Below, one piece after another: positions 10,577 to 21,764 of a stretch of 64,000 bases of DNA. The notes beneath the pieces are model-generated. The model saw only the letters and a program-made list of their open reading frames with translations. It searched no databases and was not told the origin of the DNA. Every line of letters begins with the position of its first letter. Within the stretch, counting starts at the first letter, position 1. Position numbers and translations under genes: made by a program. Origin of the DNA: Vicugna vicugna (taxonomy: Eukaryota); contig MU058868.1 of the NCBI GenBank assembly GCA_013265495.1, positions 816,587-880,586 on the forward strand, given 5' to 3'.

Positions 10577-10652
10577 GCAGGTGCTTTCAGCCTCAGCAGA
10601 TGACACACCTGGGGTACAGAGCCCGGCGGGGACCACAGGAGCTGCAAGTGAG
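10577..10652 (+). CDS. TACC3: TACC3 exon 5
   Basis: cttcag|G CAG GTG...AGT GAG|gtacgg; QVLSASADDTPGVQ resembles human QLHSASAEDTPVVQ; 76 nt restores phase 0. Confidence 0.82.
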
Positions 10653-10845
10653 GTACGGAGTGCGGGTGGGCACCCCAGTGTGACACATCCTTGCACTGTC
10701 ACCATGTCTGGGTATCGTAACGGGGCGGAGGGGGCCTGGGGGCACAGGCTGCTGCCCCTACCCCCACCCCCATGTCCCTCGTCCTGACGAGACTACATGA
10801 GGTGCCCAAACCAAGCCCCCAAGGTGACCCCGACCTCCCTTCCAG

Positions 10846-10999
10846 GAGGGATCTGCAGGCTCTTCGGGTGCACCAGCTCCCACTAGCAGCCCGAGCACTG
10901 AGCCAGTGACCGCGCCTGCTGACCCCACGCCCCCTGCTCCTCAGGGCCTGGAGCCCGCCTTGGACCTGACTGGGGAGCACTTCCGAGACCCCACTGAGG
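10846..10999 (+). CDS. TACC3: TACC3 exon 6 (Aurora-A docking F525-equivalent)
   Basis: cttccag|GAG...EPALDLTGEHFRDPTE G|gtacgt; 154 nt. Confidence 0.88.
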
Positions 11000-11544
11000 G
11001 TACGTCGCTGTCTGTCCTCACAGCCAGGTTGCTCGGAACATTTCACGAGCACATGTTCAGTGGCACCTGCTGCCATTGTCCTGCAGGCAGCTCTGTTCCC
11101 TGACTTCAGTGATTCAAGCAGAAACTTCTGGTTTATCAAAAGATAGGCATTTTCAGGAGAACAGGGCTGATGCCTGTGACATAAAAAAAATCTTAGGCTC
11201 AGAAAACTGGGCAGAAGCCCTGGCTTAGACAGCTCGAGTGCAGTCCGGAGGCAGCTGGGGCCTCACTGTTCTGGGGGACATGCTGTTTGAAACAGGACCC
11301 CACAGAGATGACAGGAGGGCTGGAAGAGCCCTGGGTCTAAGCTGAGCTCAGTGAGGGCTTGTGACTGAGCTGCTTCGCAAGACAGAAGGCAACTGGAGAC
11401 ACTCTTGGTTTGGGTTACGTAAGAGCCCACAGGTGCAGTGGAGACAGGATGTGGACGCAGGGCTTCTCTGGCAGGACAGCCGTGGGGCCCTCCGCACATA
11501 GGTGGGACCAGAAGCCATGGACACGCTCCACTAGGCCAGGGACC

Positions 11545-12335
11545 TGGAGGCACACAATGTGCGGTTTTGTGTCTGGTGTCTTTCACTGGACAACAAGGTC
11601 CGTTTCAGGTCAGGACCTCCTTTTATGGCTAAGCAACATTCCACCATGTGGAAATTACATCTCGTTTCTTCTTTTACTAGTCGATGGACTTCGGGATGGT
11701 TTCCACTTTTGCGCTGTTACGACTAAGGCCGCTGGGAACACTCACGTACATGTTTACGTGTGGCCGTGCATGGCCCACTTCTCTGGGGCAGATGTACCTA
11801 GAGGGACCTGGTCACATTGTGCTGACTGTGGGAGGAGCTGCCCAGCCGTTCTCCACAGGCCCGCACCTCTTACCCCTCCATGGGCAGCAACCAAGGGCCA
11901 GCTGCACTGCGTCCCGCCTGCACGCGGTGCTGGCTGCATGTCACGGTCCCTCACCAACGAGCCACATTTGTCCACGTGCGTGTTGACCTTTTGAGTCTCC
12001 CCTTTGGAGGAGCATATGCTCAGATCCTTTCCCATTTCTTCGCTGAGTTATTTGCCATATGACCAAGTTGCAGAGATTTCTAGTGTAATCTGGGTAGGGA
12101 CCCCTCGTCAGGCACCTGATCTGCAAAACTTGCCTTTGCACTCTGTGTCCTTGGAGGCCCAAGCTGTCACCTTGCTGCTTGTGCGTCTGGCGTCAGTCCT
12201 GATGAGTCACTGTCACAGCCGGTGTCACGAGGGTGTGCCCTTGTGTTTTCTTCTAAGAATTCTGTGGTTTTAACTCATACACTTGGGGCTTTGATCCATT
12301 TTGGGTCAGTTTCTGTCTATGGCACGAGTCACCTT
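11545..12335 (-). mobile_element. L1M (ORF2 end / 3' region) remnant in TACC3 intron 6
   Basis: Recognisable antisense L1 blocks: ttttgtgtctgg..tttcact, ttttatggct, gatggact..gttttccacttt, ctcagatcctttcccattt, tgttttcttctaagaatt, ctttgatccattttg. Confidence 0.85.
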
Positions 12336-12657
12336 TAGAATCTGTAAACAAAGGTCGCACCAGAGCACAAAGGGCTCTTCCGGGCTGGCTGCACACTGCT
12401 GCTCAGCCAGGGGTGCCCTTGGCCGTTACTCCTGGGGGGTCTATCAGCCCTTGTGTGTGGCCCAACAAAACCACCCAGCCCCCAGCGTCATGAGCAGGGC
12501 GGCAGCCCCGCCTTACAGCAAAGGGCCGTCTGTCCAGGGCGGACCGGGCCGTGGAAGGGAGCCGGGGGCGGGGGCTGCTTGGGAGCTGCCGAGCCCTGCG
12601 CCGGAGAGCTCTAGCCTGAGTCCCACGGGCCGTGACGCACCCACCCGCTACTCTCAG

Positions 12658-12710
12658 TTCTAGGCACGGGGGTTGAAGTGGACTACCTGGAGCAGTTTGG
12701 GGCTTCCTCG
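12658..12710 (+). CDS. TACC3: TACC3 exon 7
   Basis: ctctcag|TT CTA GGC; VLGTGVEVDYLEQFGASS|gtgagt; 53 nt. Confidence 0.97.
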
Positions 12711-13010
12711 GTGAGTATCCTGCACCTCGTGGCAGCCTTTCCTCAAGTGTGAGTCTCAAAAAGGGGCTGTTTCTGGAACAGCCCTGAGTCCCTGCCCTGC
12801 TCGGCAGTCACCAGGCTTCCTCAACTCGGGCAGCGTCTGTGTCCGCCCAGGGCTGGCCGGTGGGGATGGTGTCTCCAGGCCCCTGTCCTGCAGCTGCTCC
12901 CAGCGGAGTCGTGTCCCCCTCCTGCGCCACGCAGGCCATGATCTGCCTGGGCCTGTCCCAGGCGCTGCATGTCGGGGATGCCGCTGAACCTGCTCCCCCT
13001 ACCGCAGCAG

Positions 13011-13114
13011 TTTAAGGAGTCAGCCCTGAGGAAGCAGTCCTTGTACCTCAAGTTCGACCCGCTCCTGCAGGACAGCCCTCGGAGACCGGTGCCCGCAGCC
13101 CCCGAGACCAGCAG
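13011..13114 (+). CDS. TACC3: TACC3 exon 8 (Aurora-A S552/S558 equivalents, clathrin-binding LL)
   Basis: cagcag|TTT; FKESALRKQSLYLKFDPLLQDSPRRPVPAAPETS AG|gtgtgc. Confidence 0.97.
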
Positions 13115-13306
13115 GTGTGCCTCTCCTCTGTCTGCGGGCGACAGGCGGGCTGGCAGGTGTGAACCTGAATCAGACACCGGCCGAGCCAGAGGCCTGACAG
13201 GCCGGGTGGCCCACAAATCCCGAGGCGCTCACTCAGCCCTTCGGGGAGAACCTGGGCTGACCCCACCCTGCAGGTAAACGACACGTGTGTTCTGTTTCGA
13301 TCTCAG

Positions 13307-13394
13307 GGCACAGGGCGTGGACACGCCTTCCTCGGGAAGCCCCCCCGAGGCGAAGCTGGTGGAACTGGACTTCCTCGGCGCCCCGGGTGTCCCC
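13307..13394 (+). CDS. TACC3: TACC3 exon 9
   Basis: tctcag|G GCA...EAKLVELDFLGAPGVP|gtaagt; 88 nt. Confidence 0.95.
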
Positions 13395-13580
13395 GTAAGT
13401 GCTTGGTTCCCCACGCGGTGTAAAGAGACACATGTTCCAAGGGCGTGGGATTTATGTTCTGGGACCTGGGGGAAGGCATCAGGAGGTCGGCTGGGCCAGG
13501 GCGCCGAGCTGTGCCGTCTGGGAAACCGGCGGAGACGAGCACCAGTGGAACCTGCCCAGCCTGTCTCCATCACCCCGCAG

Positions 13581-13685
13581 GCACTTGGCCCGATTCCATG
13601 TGACCTCGGGCCCGGGGGCCCGCTGTTGCCCGTGGGGCCCATTGTGGACGTGCTGCAGTACAGCCAGAGGGACCTGGACACAGTG
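13581..13685 (+). CDS. TACC3: TACC3 exon 10
   Basis: ccgcag|GCA...GPIVDVLQYSQRDLDTV|gtgagg; 105 nt. Confidence 0.96.
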
Positions 13686-14187
13686 GTGAGGATGATCGGG
13701 AGGACGGGCCCCCAGGCACCGCCCCGGAGGAGAGCCCCGTGGATGGCTCTGAGCTCTGGTCTTCCTCGTGCTGCTGCTCGTGGAATCCTGGTGTCCACTT
13801 ACGGACCCCCACCAGTCACCCAGTTAGCTGAGGGTCTGGATGTCCTCGTTGGGCACCACTCTGAGCTGCCCTAGGGGTGGCAAAGCAGGACAGCTGGCAG
13901 GGCTGGGCCTCAGCCCCCAAGTCTCCTCGCTGCCTAGGTGATGCCCTGGGCGGTGTCCAGCTTGTTCCCTCTCAGGGAGGCCTGCATGCCAGGCCCCAGC
14001 CGGCAGCTGGATCCTCCCTGCCACTGGGCCTGCCCTCTGCAGGCTGTTCTCCCACCACGTCTGTACCACGTGTTCCCACCATATACCCAGCGCATGCAGG
14101 CCCCCTAGTCCGGTGATCACTGAGTGGGACAGGAGGTACTGGCATGGGAGGGTGCCCAGCACCAACTCAGAGCTACGGTCCGCGCAG

Positions 14188-14264
14188 GTGGAAGCAACAC
14201 AGAAGGAGAACGAGGCACTGAGGAGCCAGTGCGCCGAGCTCCACGCCAGGATCCTGGAGATGGG
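14188..14264 (+). CDS. TACC3: TACC3 exon 11 (start of TACC coiled coil)
   Basis: gcgcag|GTG; VEATQKENEALRSQCAELHARILEM GG|gtgagg; 77 nt. Confidence 0.95.
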
Positions 14265-14353
14265 GTGAGGCCTGAGTGGCTGCTGGGACCTGGGTGCCCG
14301 CCTGCCCACCCGCCTGCCACAGCGCTCATGGCACATCTGCTCTCCTCCCGCAG

Positions 14354-14397
14354 GAAGATCATGGATGGGTTTGAGGGGACCGTGTATCAAGCGATGG
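14354..14397 (+). CDS. TACC3: TACC3 exon 12
   Basis: ccgcag|G AAG; KIMDGFEGTVYQAM G|gtgagt; 44 nt. Confidence 0.96.
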
Positions 14398-14966
14398 GTG
14401 AGTGCCGGGCGCCCACGGCCTTTCTTCCCAGTAGCAGCTCCCTCCTGCAAGCTAAGCCCACATGCCCACACCCCCTGCAGTGGAGCAGCTGGCGGTCAGG
14501 GAGGCCTGGTGGCTCTGGGCCACTGGCACTTACCAACCCCAAAATTGGCCAGCCCCTGAGCTGGCATCCGGGGCCAAGGCCAGGAAAGATAGGGTCCCTC
14601 CCGTAGGTGCTGCACTGCGGTGTCCCCCTCCCCCAGGTGGCTGCTTGTCCAGCTTCAGCCACTGGGTGCCGGGCACTGGGCGTGTCCAGGCTGGGGTGGG
14701 TGTGGCTGTGGGCTCTGAGCGCCTTGGCCCCACCTCTTCCCAGGGCCTCTGAAGTTGGGCCCTGGGTTCACTATCCACTGCCTCTGGGTCTGGGTGGAGC
14801 TGGGGGGAGGGAATGGCTGTTTCTTGGGCACTTGTGGCCCCTAGGTCCTGCCTGGGAAGCTCACAGGAGAGCGACCGTCACCTCGCCCCAGTGGGCCCTC
14901 CGGCCGCCCGCCCTGGTCTCTTGCCATGGGTGCCCCCCATCCAAGTGCTGGTTTTCTTTCCTGAAG

Positions 14967-15127
14967 AGGAGGCCCAGAAACGGAAGGAACTTGCCAGAGT
15001 TGAGATCCAGAAGGTTCTGAAGGAAAAGGACCAGCTTACTGCAGTCTTGCACTCCCTGGAGAAGTCTTTTTCTGATCTTTTCAAGCGATTTGAGAAACAG
15101 AAGGAGGTGATCGAAGGCTACCGTGCG
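14967..15127 (+). CDS. TACC3: TACC3 exon 13
   Basis: ctgaag|AG GAG; EEAQKRKELARVEIQKVLKEKDQL...EKSFSDLFKRFEKQKEVIEGYRA|gtaggt; 161 nt. Confidence 0.97.
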
Positions 15128-15783
15128 GTAGGTGCCAGGGCCAGTGCGAGGCTGTAGGGCCAGCAGGCGTTGGCCTTGTCTCCAGTGAGGCAAGGCGACA
15201 AGTGCTGGCGGGGCCTGGAGGCTGCAGGGGGGAGCTGAGCCTTCGGGTTGCATCTGGGAAGCAGGGTGATGTGGGGGCCCCAGGTTCCAGCCCTGGCTGT
15301 CGTTTTTGTCATCTACAACCTCACGTGCATGCCTGCAAGGTTGTCCCCTTGCAGAGATCGCCATGTCCAGTCCCCACTGCTGTCTTCACCCATCCTGGGC
15401 CAGTTGGGAGACCCGGCCCCCATAGCCCAGGGCTGGGAGGGGAGGCAGGAGAGTAGGGGCCGTACAGGTGGGCTCTGTGTGCCAGGCAGGCTGAGGGACG
15501 GACAGGAGGCCCGTGGGTGTCAGAGGATGAGGCCCAGTGTCTGAGGACCCTCCTGAACCCCAGGATGGGGAGGCCTGGGGCTGTGTGTGTGGTAGACCGT
15601 CCTTAGAAGGAAATGGGGAGTGCTTCTCCCACGTGGCCTCGTCCACTGCTATTTCACGAACGACCAGAGAGCCGGCGCTGGGGAACCGCCCCCACCTGAC
15701 CTGGGGGGTCCCCCAGGCCGCTCCTGAATGCGGTCAGACAGCAGCATGCCATCAGTCAGAGTTCACATCACTCTTCCTTAAAG

Positions 15784-15890
15784 AACGAAGAGTCCCTGAA
15801 GCAATGTGTGGAGGGCTACATAGGGAGGATCGAGAAGGAGAGCCAGAGGTACCAGGCGCTGAAGGCCCACGCGGAGGAGAAGCTCCAGCT
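15784..15890 (+). CDS. TACC3: TACC3 exon 14
   Basis: ttaaag|AAC; [37 protein letters not shown]|gtgagt; 107 nt. Confidence 0.97.
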
Positions 15891-15971
15891 GTGAGTGGTG
15901 CAGCCTGGGGCTGGGGGCGGGGCTGGAGGAGGCCCCGAGTCGGGGCTCAGCCCTGCCCTCCGCTGCTCCAG

Positions 15972-16092
15972 GGCCAACGAGGAGATCGCGCAGGTCCGCA
16001 GCAAGGCCCAGGCGGAGGCTCTGGCGCTGCAGGCGGTCCTGAGGAAGGAGCAGATGCGGGTCCACTCCCTGGAGAAGGTCGTGGAGCAGAAG
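15972..16092 (+). CDS. TACC3: TACC3 exon 15
   Basis: ctccag|G GCC; [40 protein letters not shown]|gtgggc; 121 nt. Confidence 0.97.
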
Positions 16093-16223
16093 GTGGGCAT
16101 GGGGTCCCAGGGTCTGGGCAGAGCCGGGGAGGAGCAGACCCCTGGTTCTAGAAGCCCTGGAGCTGCTCCCGACTCCTCAGAGCACTGTGTGAGAATTCTC
16201 AGGATTCGACTTCCCTCCTCCAG

Positions 16224-16289
16224 ACGAAGGAAAACGATGAACTGACCAGGATCTGTGACGACCTCATTTCCAAGATGGAGAAAATCTGA
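16224..16289 (+). CDS. TACC3: TACC3 exon 16 (C-terminus, TGA); total CDS 2358 nt, 785 aa
   Basis: ctccag|ACG; [21 protein letters not shown]. Confidence 0.97.
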   Translation, partial: TKENDELTRICDDLISKMEKI

Positions 16290-16407
16290 TGGGGAGGTCC
16301 TGACCGGTGCCCGGCTCTCCTGTCTGTGTGTGTGTCTGTCTGACTCTTTTTTCTTTTCTATTAACCTCAACTCGTTTTTAAACTAGGTTGCTTTAGGAAG
16401 AAGACTA

Positions 16408-16413
16408 AATAAA
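16408..16413 (+). terminator. TACC3: Polyadenylation signal (AATAAA) of TACC3
   Basis: AATAAA ~120 nt after the stop, preceded by a U-rich tract. Confidence 0.88.
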
Positions 16414-18439
16414 GTTTCCCTTAAGTCTCCTGGTCTTGACTGAAGTGAAAGTTTCTGGCTCTGGCCCGACCGAGGCTGAGCCGCCCAGGCTGCCATCCAC
16501 TCTGCGCCGTCAGCCTGCCCCTGCCCCGTACCTCCTCCGGAGCCGCTCGGCGGGCGCAGGCAGGCATGTGGGCGGGCAGCCCGCCCTAGGGACGACGAGG
16601 TGGGCCCAAGTCTGCCCCGGCAGCCGAGTGGTCCTGGGGCGTGGTATCTCTGCCTCATGACCGCAGATCAAAATCCAAACAGACCAAAGTTTTAATGTGA
16701 GGAAGCGAACAACCAGCCACGGTGAGGGCTGGCTTTGTGTCACTTGGCAAGGCCTCGGCCCCATTAATCGAACAGTCACTGAGGTGTCGCTGGTGCGTCT
16801 CGTAGCCGTGCCGAGATCACACCTGTGGTTGGTAGTTCCGAGCTGTCTTGACAGCAGGGAGGGCCTCCTGTCCCCAGAGACCGTTCCCAAGGAAGAAGGG
16901 GCTCCATCTCCTGACCAGCAGCTCCCGCTGGGTTTCCAGGCTGCAGACCCACAGTCTCCTGAGCCAGTTCAGTGAGGGAGTCTGAGAAGGTGGCGTCAGG
17001 CAACCTACGGGCTGCTTCTCGGTCTAGGACAGACTTTTGTAGCTCCTGAAAAATGCTCTGCCTCTAAAACCTCAAGTAAGAAATAAGGCCTGAGTAGGGT
17101 TTCCAAGTCCACGCCCCCGGCCCCCGTGGCTGCATCTCTGGTCCCCCAGGGCCCACTCCAGCGGAGGGGCGCGTCACACACTTGCTGGACCCTTGGACAC
17201 GGGCCAGAGCACTGCCCTTGTCCTGGTGCCTTGCTCAGTGACCCTGTGATACAGGGGATGGGGCTGGGGAGGCACTTGGAGGTGAACTCCAGGGACAGGC
17301 ACGGAGGGTGTACGGCAGCCCCCAGAAGTCCTTCTGAACTGGGCAGGGTCCTGGCCCACAGGGCATCAGGGGACCCTGGGCACGGGCCGGCAGAGAGCTG
17401 GTCGGACACTCGTCTCTGAAACTGAGACCTAGAGCCATGTCCTCACACCGTGGCCCCCGGAACCAGGAGGAGGGCAGCCTGAGGTTCTGCGTTCCCAGCC
17501 CATTCCCGATGGTGCTGGTGCTGCCGGCCCAGACCTCACCATCGTCAAGCGGACAAAGGACATGGGCGAGAAAGCACCAGACCTACGGAAGAACCACCAG
17601 CAAAGGACACTTCCTCTCATCAGCCACGGGGGGGGGTCCCCACACAGGGACCCAGGCCGAGGCCTGCCTGGTTAGAAGACCTCTGAGCATGCCTCAGGCG
17701 AAGGCCCCAGCCCGGACCTCCCCAGGACCCATCTTCTCCCCAGGATGGACTCCCAGGTGGGCCGCAGCCACAGGCCGGCCGCCACCAGGGGTCGCTGCTG
17801 GCCACGGGCCACAGCATGGACTGGAACCTGGTGGCAGCCTCACTGGGGAGCAACCCCCACACCATGGGCCCCGACAGGCACACAGCGCGTTTGTCCTCAG
17901 TGCGTTCAGAGGGACTAAAGGCCGGGCGGGAGCCCAGGGGGCCACTCTGCCCAGGCTCCAGCCCCCATCGGTACAGCTGCCACAGTCATTTTACAACAAC
18001 CAAAGTCAAGCATGTCCCTCCTGTGCTCAAGAACCTGCCATGGCTACCAGCTCCCAGTGTAAGGGCCAAGCCCCTGGGCTGGGCCAGAACCTCCCACCAG
18101 GCCAGCCCCAGGCCATGGGCCCTCTTTAGGAAGGAGGCTGGTGGCCCTGAAGGCCTACGCAGAGGCCACCCTCAGTCTCCTCCTGGCAGGCAGGCTGGCC
18201 ACTGGCCAGGGGTCTGGGATTCCTCATCACGCTGGACCCCCTCCCTGGAGTGATGCAGGCTCCTGCCCTCACTGTGCAGACCCCAAGCCTGCCCCAAACC
18301 TGGTGCCCCGCTCCCGGCTCCCACGCCAATGTCAGCCCCACCCCTGTCCCTGGACAAGAGTCTCTCTCACCCCCTCCCCTGCACAGGGACCGACCCCCTT
18401 TCAGCCCTTGGATGGGTACCCTACACATCACTCCCACCC

Positions 18440-18530
18440 AGGAGGAGCTCAGGAGCTGAGGGACCTCAAAGTCCTGCTGAGGCCCACTTCACAGGTGGGG
18501 AAACTAAGGCCGCAGGGACCAGCGACTAAC
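18440..18530 (-). mobile_element. MIR fragment
   Basis: cccacttcacaggtggggaaactaaggc core. Confidence 0.6.
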
Positions 18531-19273
18531 GGCTGGGGAGGCCCTGCAGGGCACAGGGTGTGGGCACCCCTCTCCTGCCTGGGCAGACGGGCGAGGGCTG
18601 CCGCCTCCAAGCTGACCAGCTGCTCTGCGGCTCGGGGCGGTGGTGTCCTCAGCTCCCTGCAGGTGTGCCCCCGCTTCTCCTTGCAGGCTCCGGGCTGCTC
18701 TGGAGGGGCCTGGAGAGGCACCCTCCTCACCTGGCTCAGCCTGGCCTCTCTGGCCACTCCAAGAGCTGCCTGGGGCCCTGTCCCCAGCCGGGGCCTCTCT
18801 GAGCCAGGCCAGGAGTCTGCCCAGAGGCCACGAGGGGCGGCCGGCCATACTGAGGACACAGGCCGCCGGGCAGCATCCTGGGCCGGGAGCCTCTCTCTGG
18901 ACAAAGGGGCCTTGTGCGGCTGAATGGGTGTTTATCCTGGAGCCCAAGTTAACTTGGGGCCACGCGGCCGGGTGGGGGCCCTGGCACTGGCCTTCCAAGG
19001 GTAAACACGACCTGAGCTGGGCATGCAGCCGCAGGCCTAGTCTTCCGCACCCCTGGGCTCCCTGCACATCGTCACCACCAAGCCAGGGGACCTCCTACCA
19101 GGATGGGGACGTGGGGAAACAGAGCTGTCCTGGGGCCATCTCCTCGTCCTCTTAGCTGAGCAGGGAGAATGATGGGAATGGCGGCAGCAGAGGCCTCGTG
19201 GACCAAGCCTCCCAGAGGCTGCCTCCCAGACACTGAACCCTCCCCATGGCACGGCGGGAACCTGGCTTCTTAC

Positions 19274-19630
19274 TGTTACAGAACAGATGTGTGTCCCCCC
19301 AAAATTCACGTGCTGAAACCCTAGCCCCAGGGTGATGCTATCAGGAGGTGGGGCCTTTGGGAGGTGATTAGGGTTGGATGGGGTCGTGAGTGTGGGGTCC
19401 CCATGATGGAGTTAATGTCCTTACAGGAAAAGGAAGAGAACAGACCTCCTCTGCCTCCACTGTGAGGGCCCAGCAAGAAGGCGGCCGTCTGCAGGCCAGG
19501 AGCGGGCCCTCACCCTGAAGCAAGCTGGTCTCCACCCTGAGCTCAGACTTCCTCCAGGACTGTGAGAAAATAAATGTCTGTTGTTTAAGGCCCAGGCTGC
19601 GGTACTTTGTCACAGCAGCCTGCGTCGACA
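19274..19630 (+). mobile_element. MaLR solo LTR (MLT1A-like)
   Basis: tgtt...gtgtccccccaaaattcac, ggaggtggggcctttgggaggtgattag, ggactgtgagaaaataaatgtctgttgtttaag, tactttgtcacagcagcc. Confidence 0.9.
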
Positions 19631-21129
19631 TGACTAGGGCTGCCTGGCCCAAGGCCACCCACTGCCCACTGTCCCCCTGCAGCTGTGACCACCCCCACCC
19701 TGAGCTGGCATCCCACCCGGAGAAGGCCGGGCCAATGGGGCCTCACTGCCCCCCACCCCTCTCAGAGGGTCCATCTCGGGCCACCCTGGGCTGCTTTTGG
19801 CCCTCTCAGTGGGCGGAGGGGTGCCAGTAGCATCCTCATGTCTCGGTTATGGCTCTCTGTGGCCAAGCTCCTGACAGGGACGGGAATGCAGGGAGACTGG
19901 CCAAAATGGGACCCCTTGCCGAGCCCACTCTCCAGGCCCCCATCCAATACCGGCCCTCCCCCCTGCAGGTCACCCCCAGTTTCCCTGGAACCCAGAGCTG
20001 CCTCCCCTCACAACTGCCCCAGCCCAGGCTGGACCCCAGACCCACATCAGTCCCTCATGGTCCAAGCCAACGGGAGTTGCTGCCAGGCCAAGCAGGTGCC
20101 TGGAAGTCTTTTCTGGCACTGCCATCCCATCCGTGGGTCCTTCCCCGGGGGCATCTGTGCCGTGCGTGCCTCGGTGACCCGGCATGCAGGCCCAGACTCT
20201 GCGCTCCCTCACTGACCCCTTGGGCTGCCCCGGTGCCTGGGTTCATGCTCCTGTGTCCTCCCAGGGGTCCTAGACAGAGGGCCCAGCAGACCACCACACA
20301 CTCAGGAAGTGGGGGCACACTGTGGAACAGCTGGCCCCTCTGGGCAGGACCAGGCCAGAGGAGGAGCGTCCTCACTCAGCTGAAGCCATCCTCCGGGGCT
20401 GTGTGGTGTGTGTCGTGAGGGGGCGCACGCCTGCGCCTGCAGGGGCTGTGCGTGTGGGGACAGGCATGCACATCCTGGCCCTGGCCCCGAGCGGCCTCCA
20501 CTCCCCAGACCCCAGACCCCAGGCGGCCTGTACTACCCCCAGCCCTGGCCCAGCCCCAGCTCTCCTGACCCCACCCAGGTACTCCGACCCCCACGCGCCC
20601 TGACCCAGACTGCTGGGGCTGCGCAGAAGCCATTGAGTCCAGCGGCCCGCAGGGGGCATTGCTGAGCCAGTCTGAGGCTGGCTGAGCAGTGACCGTGTCC
20701 TCAGAGCGATCCAGACCGGCCCCTCCCCTCCACACCACTGTGGGAGTCGAGGGGCCACCCCCTTTTGTGCCCTGCCAAGTCTTGGGGGGCGCTGATCTTC
20801 CCCTTTCACGGTGTCCCTCCATCCTTTAGACCCTTGTGCATGGCCCAGGCCCTCTCCAGCTTGTGAACGGCCGGGCCCGGGCCCAGGGAGGGTACGGGGC
20901 TGGCACCATCGCCACTGAGGGTCTGAACAAGCCGGCGTGGGGCTGCGAGACGGGTCTACAGCAGAGCCCAGGCCCTCCCTCCCCAGTCCAGGCCTTGTCC
21001 AGTCCAGTGATTTTCTGGGCTGCCCTGTGGTGAGGCGGACACTGCACTCTGGCCTCTGAACCACCAGCTAGGCCCCCGAGGCACACAGTGGCCCTCACTT
21101 CCATAAGGCTTCCAGAGTGGCCGGACTCC

Positions 21130-21220
21130 TCGGAGAAACATCCCTTGTTCCAAACCTGGTGCTGGGCACCCAGCAATCTGGACAGTACACAGGTGTTCGT
21201 AGAGTGAATGGATGAATGGG
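21130..21220 (+). mobile_element. L2 3' tail fragment
   Basis: gtgctgggcac...gtgaatggatgaatgg. Confidence 0.5.
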
Positions 21221-21629
21221 ATTGCGGGCACCAAAGGCCTCCCTCAGGCCCCCTGGCTCTAGGGCAGGGAGTAAGGTGAGGAGTCAGGCCTCTTGCAGAC
21301 AGTGGGTGGGATGAGAGGCAGTGAGTGAGCGAGTGAGTGAAGGAGTGAATGAGTGCGTGAACGAGGGAGGGAGGGAGCGGGGCTGTGCCCGGTGAGGCAA
21401 TGGCCAGGCCCCCACAGGTGGTGTCCTCTAAGGCCCCACCCTGCGGGAAGACTGTCGCCCTGCTGTCCCCCTTCCTCGTACACCGGCTGCCTGTCCGTCC
21501 ACCCCTCCGTGTCCACTCCTGAGTCAAGCAGGTGCTGACCAGGCCTGGCTGTGGAGCCGAGACGGGGGTGGACAACAGACAACGTGAGACACTGAGCATC
21601 GGCCTCTGAGTCTGGACAGAAGGTGCTCT

Positions 21630-21764
21630 GGGGGAAGGATGCAGCTCTGCGGCAGAGCGCGTGCTCAGCATGCAGGAGGCCCCGGTTCAGTCCCCAGGGC
21701 CTCCTCTAAAAATAAACACAGAAGAAAATAAATAAATAAACCTATCTACCTCCCCCCTTATAAA
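21630..21764 (+). mobile_element. tRNA-Ala-derived SINE, Vic-1-like (camelid)
   Basis: A box cagctctgcgg (21642), gagcgcgtgctcagcatgca, B box ggttcagtcc (21684), tail taaaaataaa...aaataaataaacctatctacctccccc; degenerate TSD agaaggtgctct / agaaagggctcc. Confidence 0.82.

Noticed and set aside
10641-10860. Apparent intron sliding or alternative in-frame donor/acceptor pair (10647 to 10859) at TACC3 exon 5/6
   Set aside because: The 10652/10846 junction (S-E|E) lines up with human S-K|E and has the better pyrimidine tract, so no shift is needed
14354-14397. Glycines in the ch-TOG-binding stutter (DGFEGT versus human DRFEEV)
   Set aside because: I recall this segment being variable among mammals, so it cannot be called special without an alignment
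16340-16413. Cytoplasmic polyadenylation element in the TACC3 3' UTR
   Set aside because: U-rich but no exact UUUUAU/UUUUAAU before the hexamer; the exact match near 16689 lies downstream of the poly(A) site
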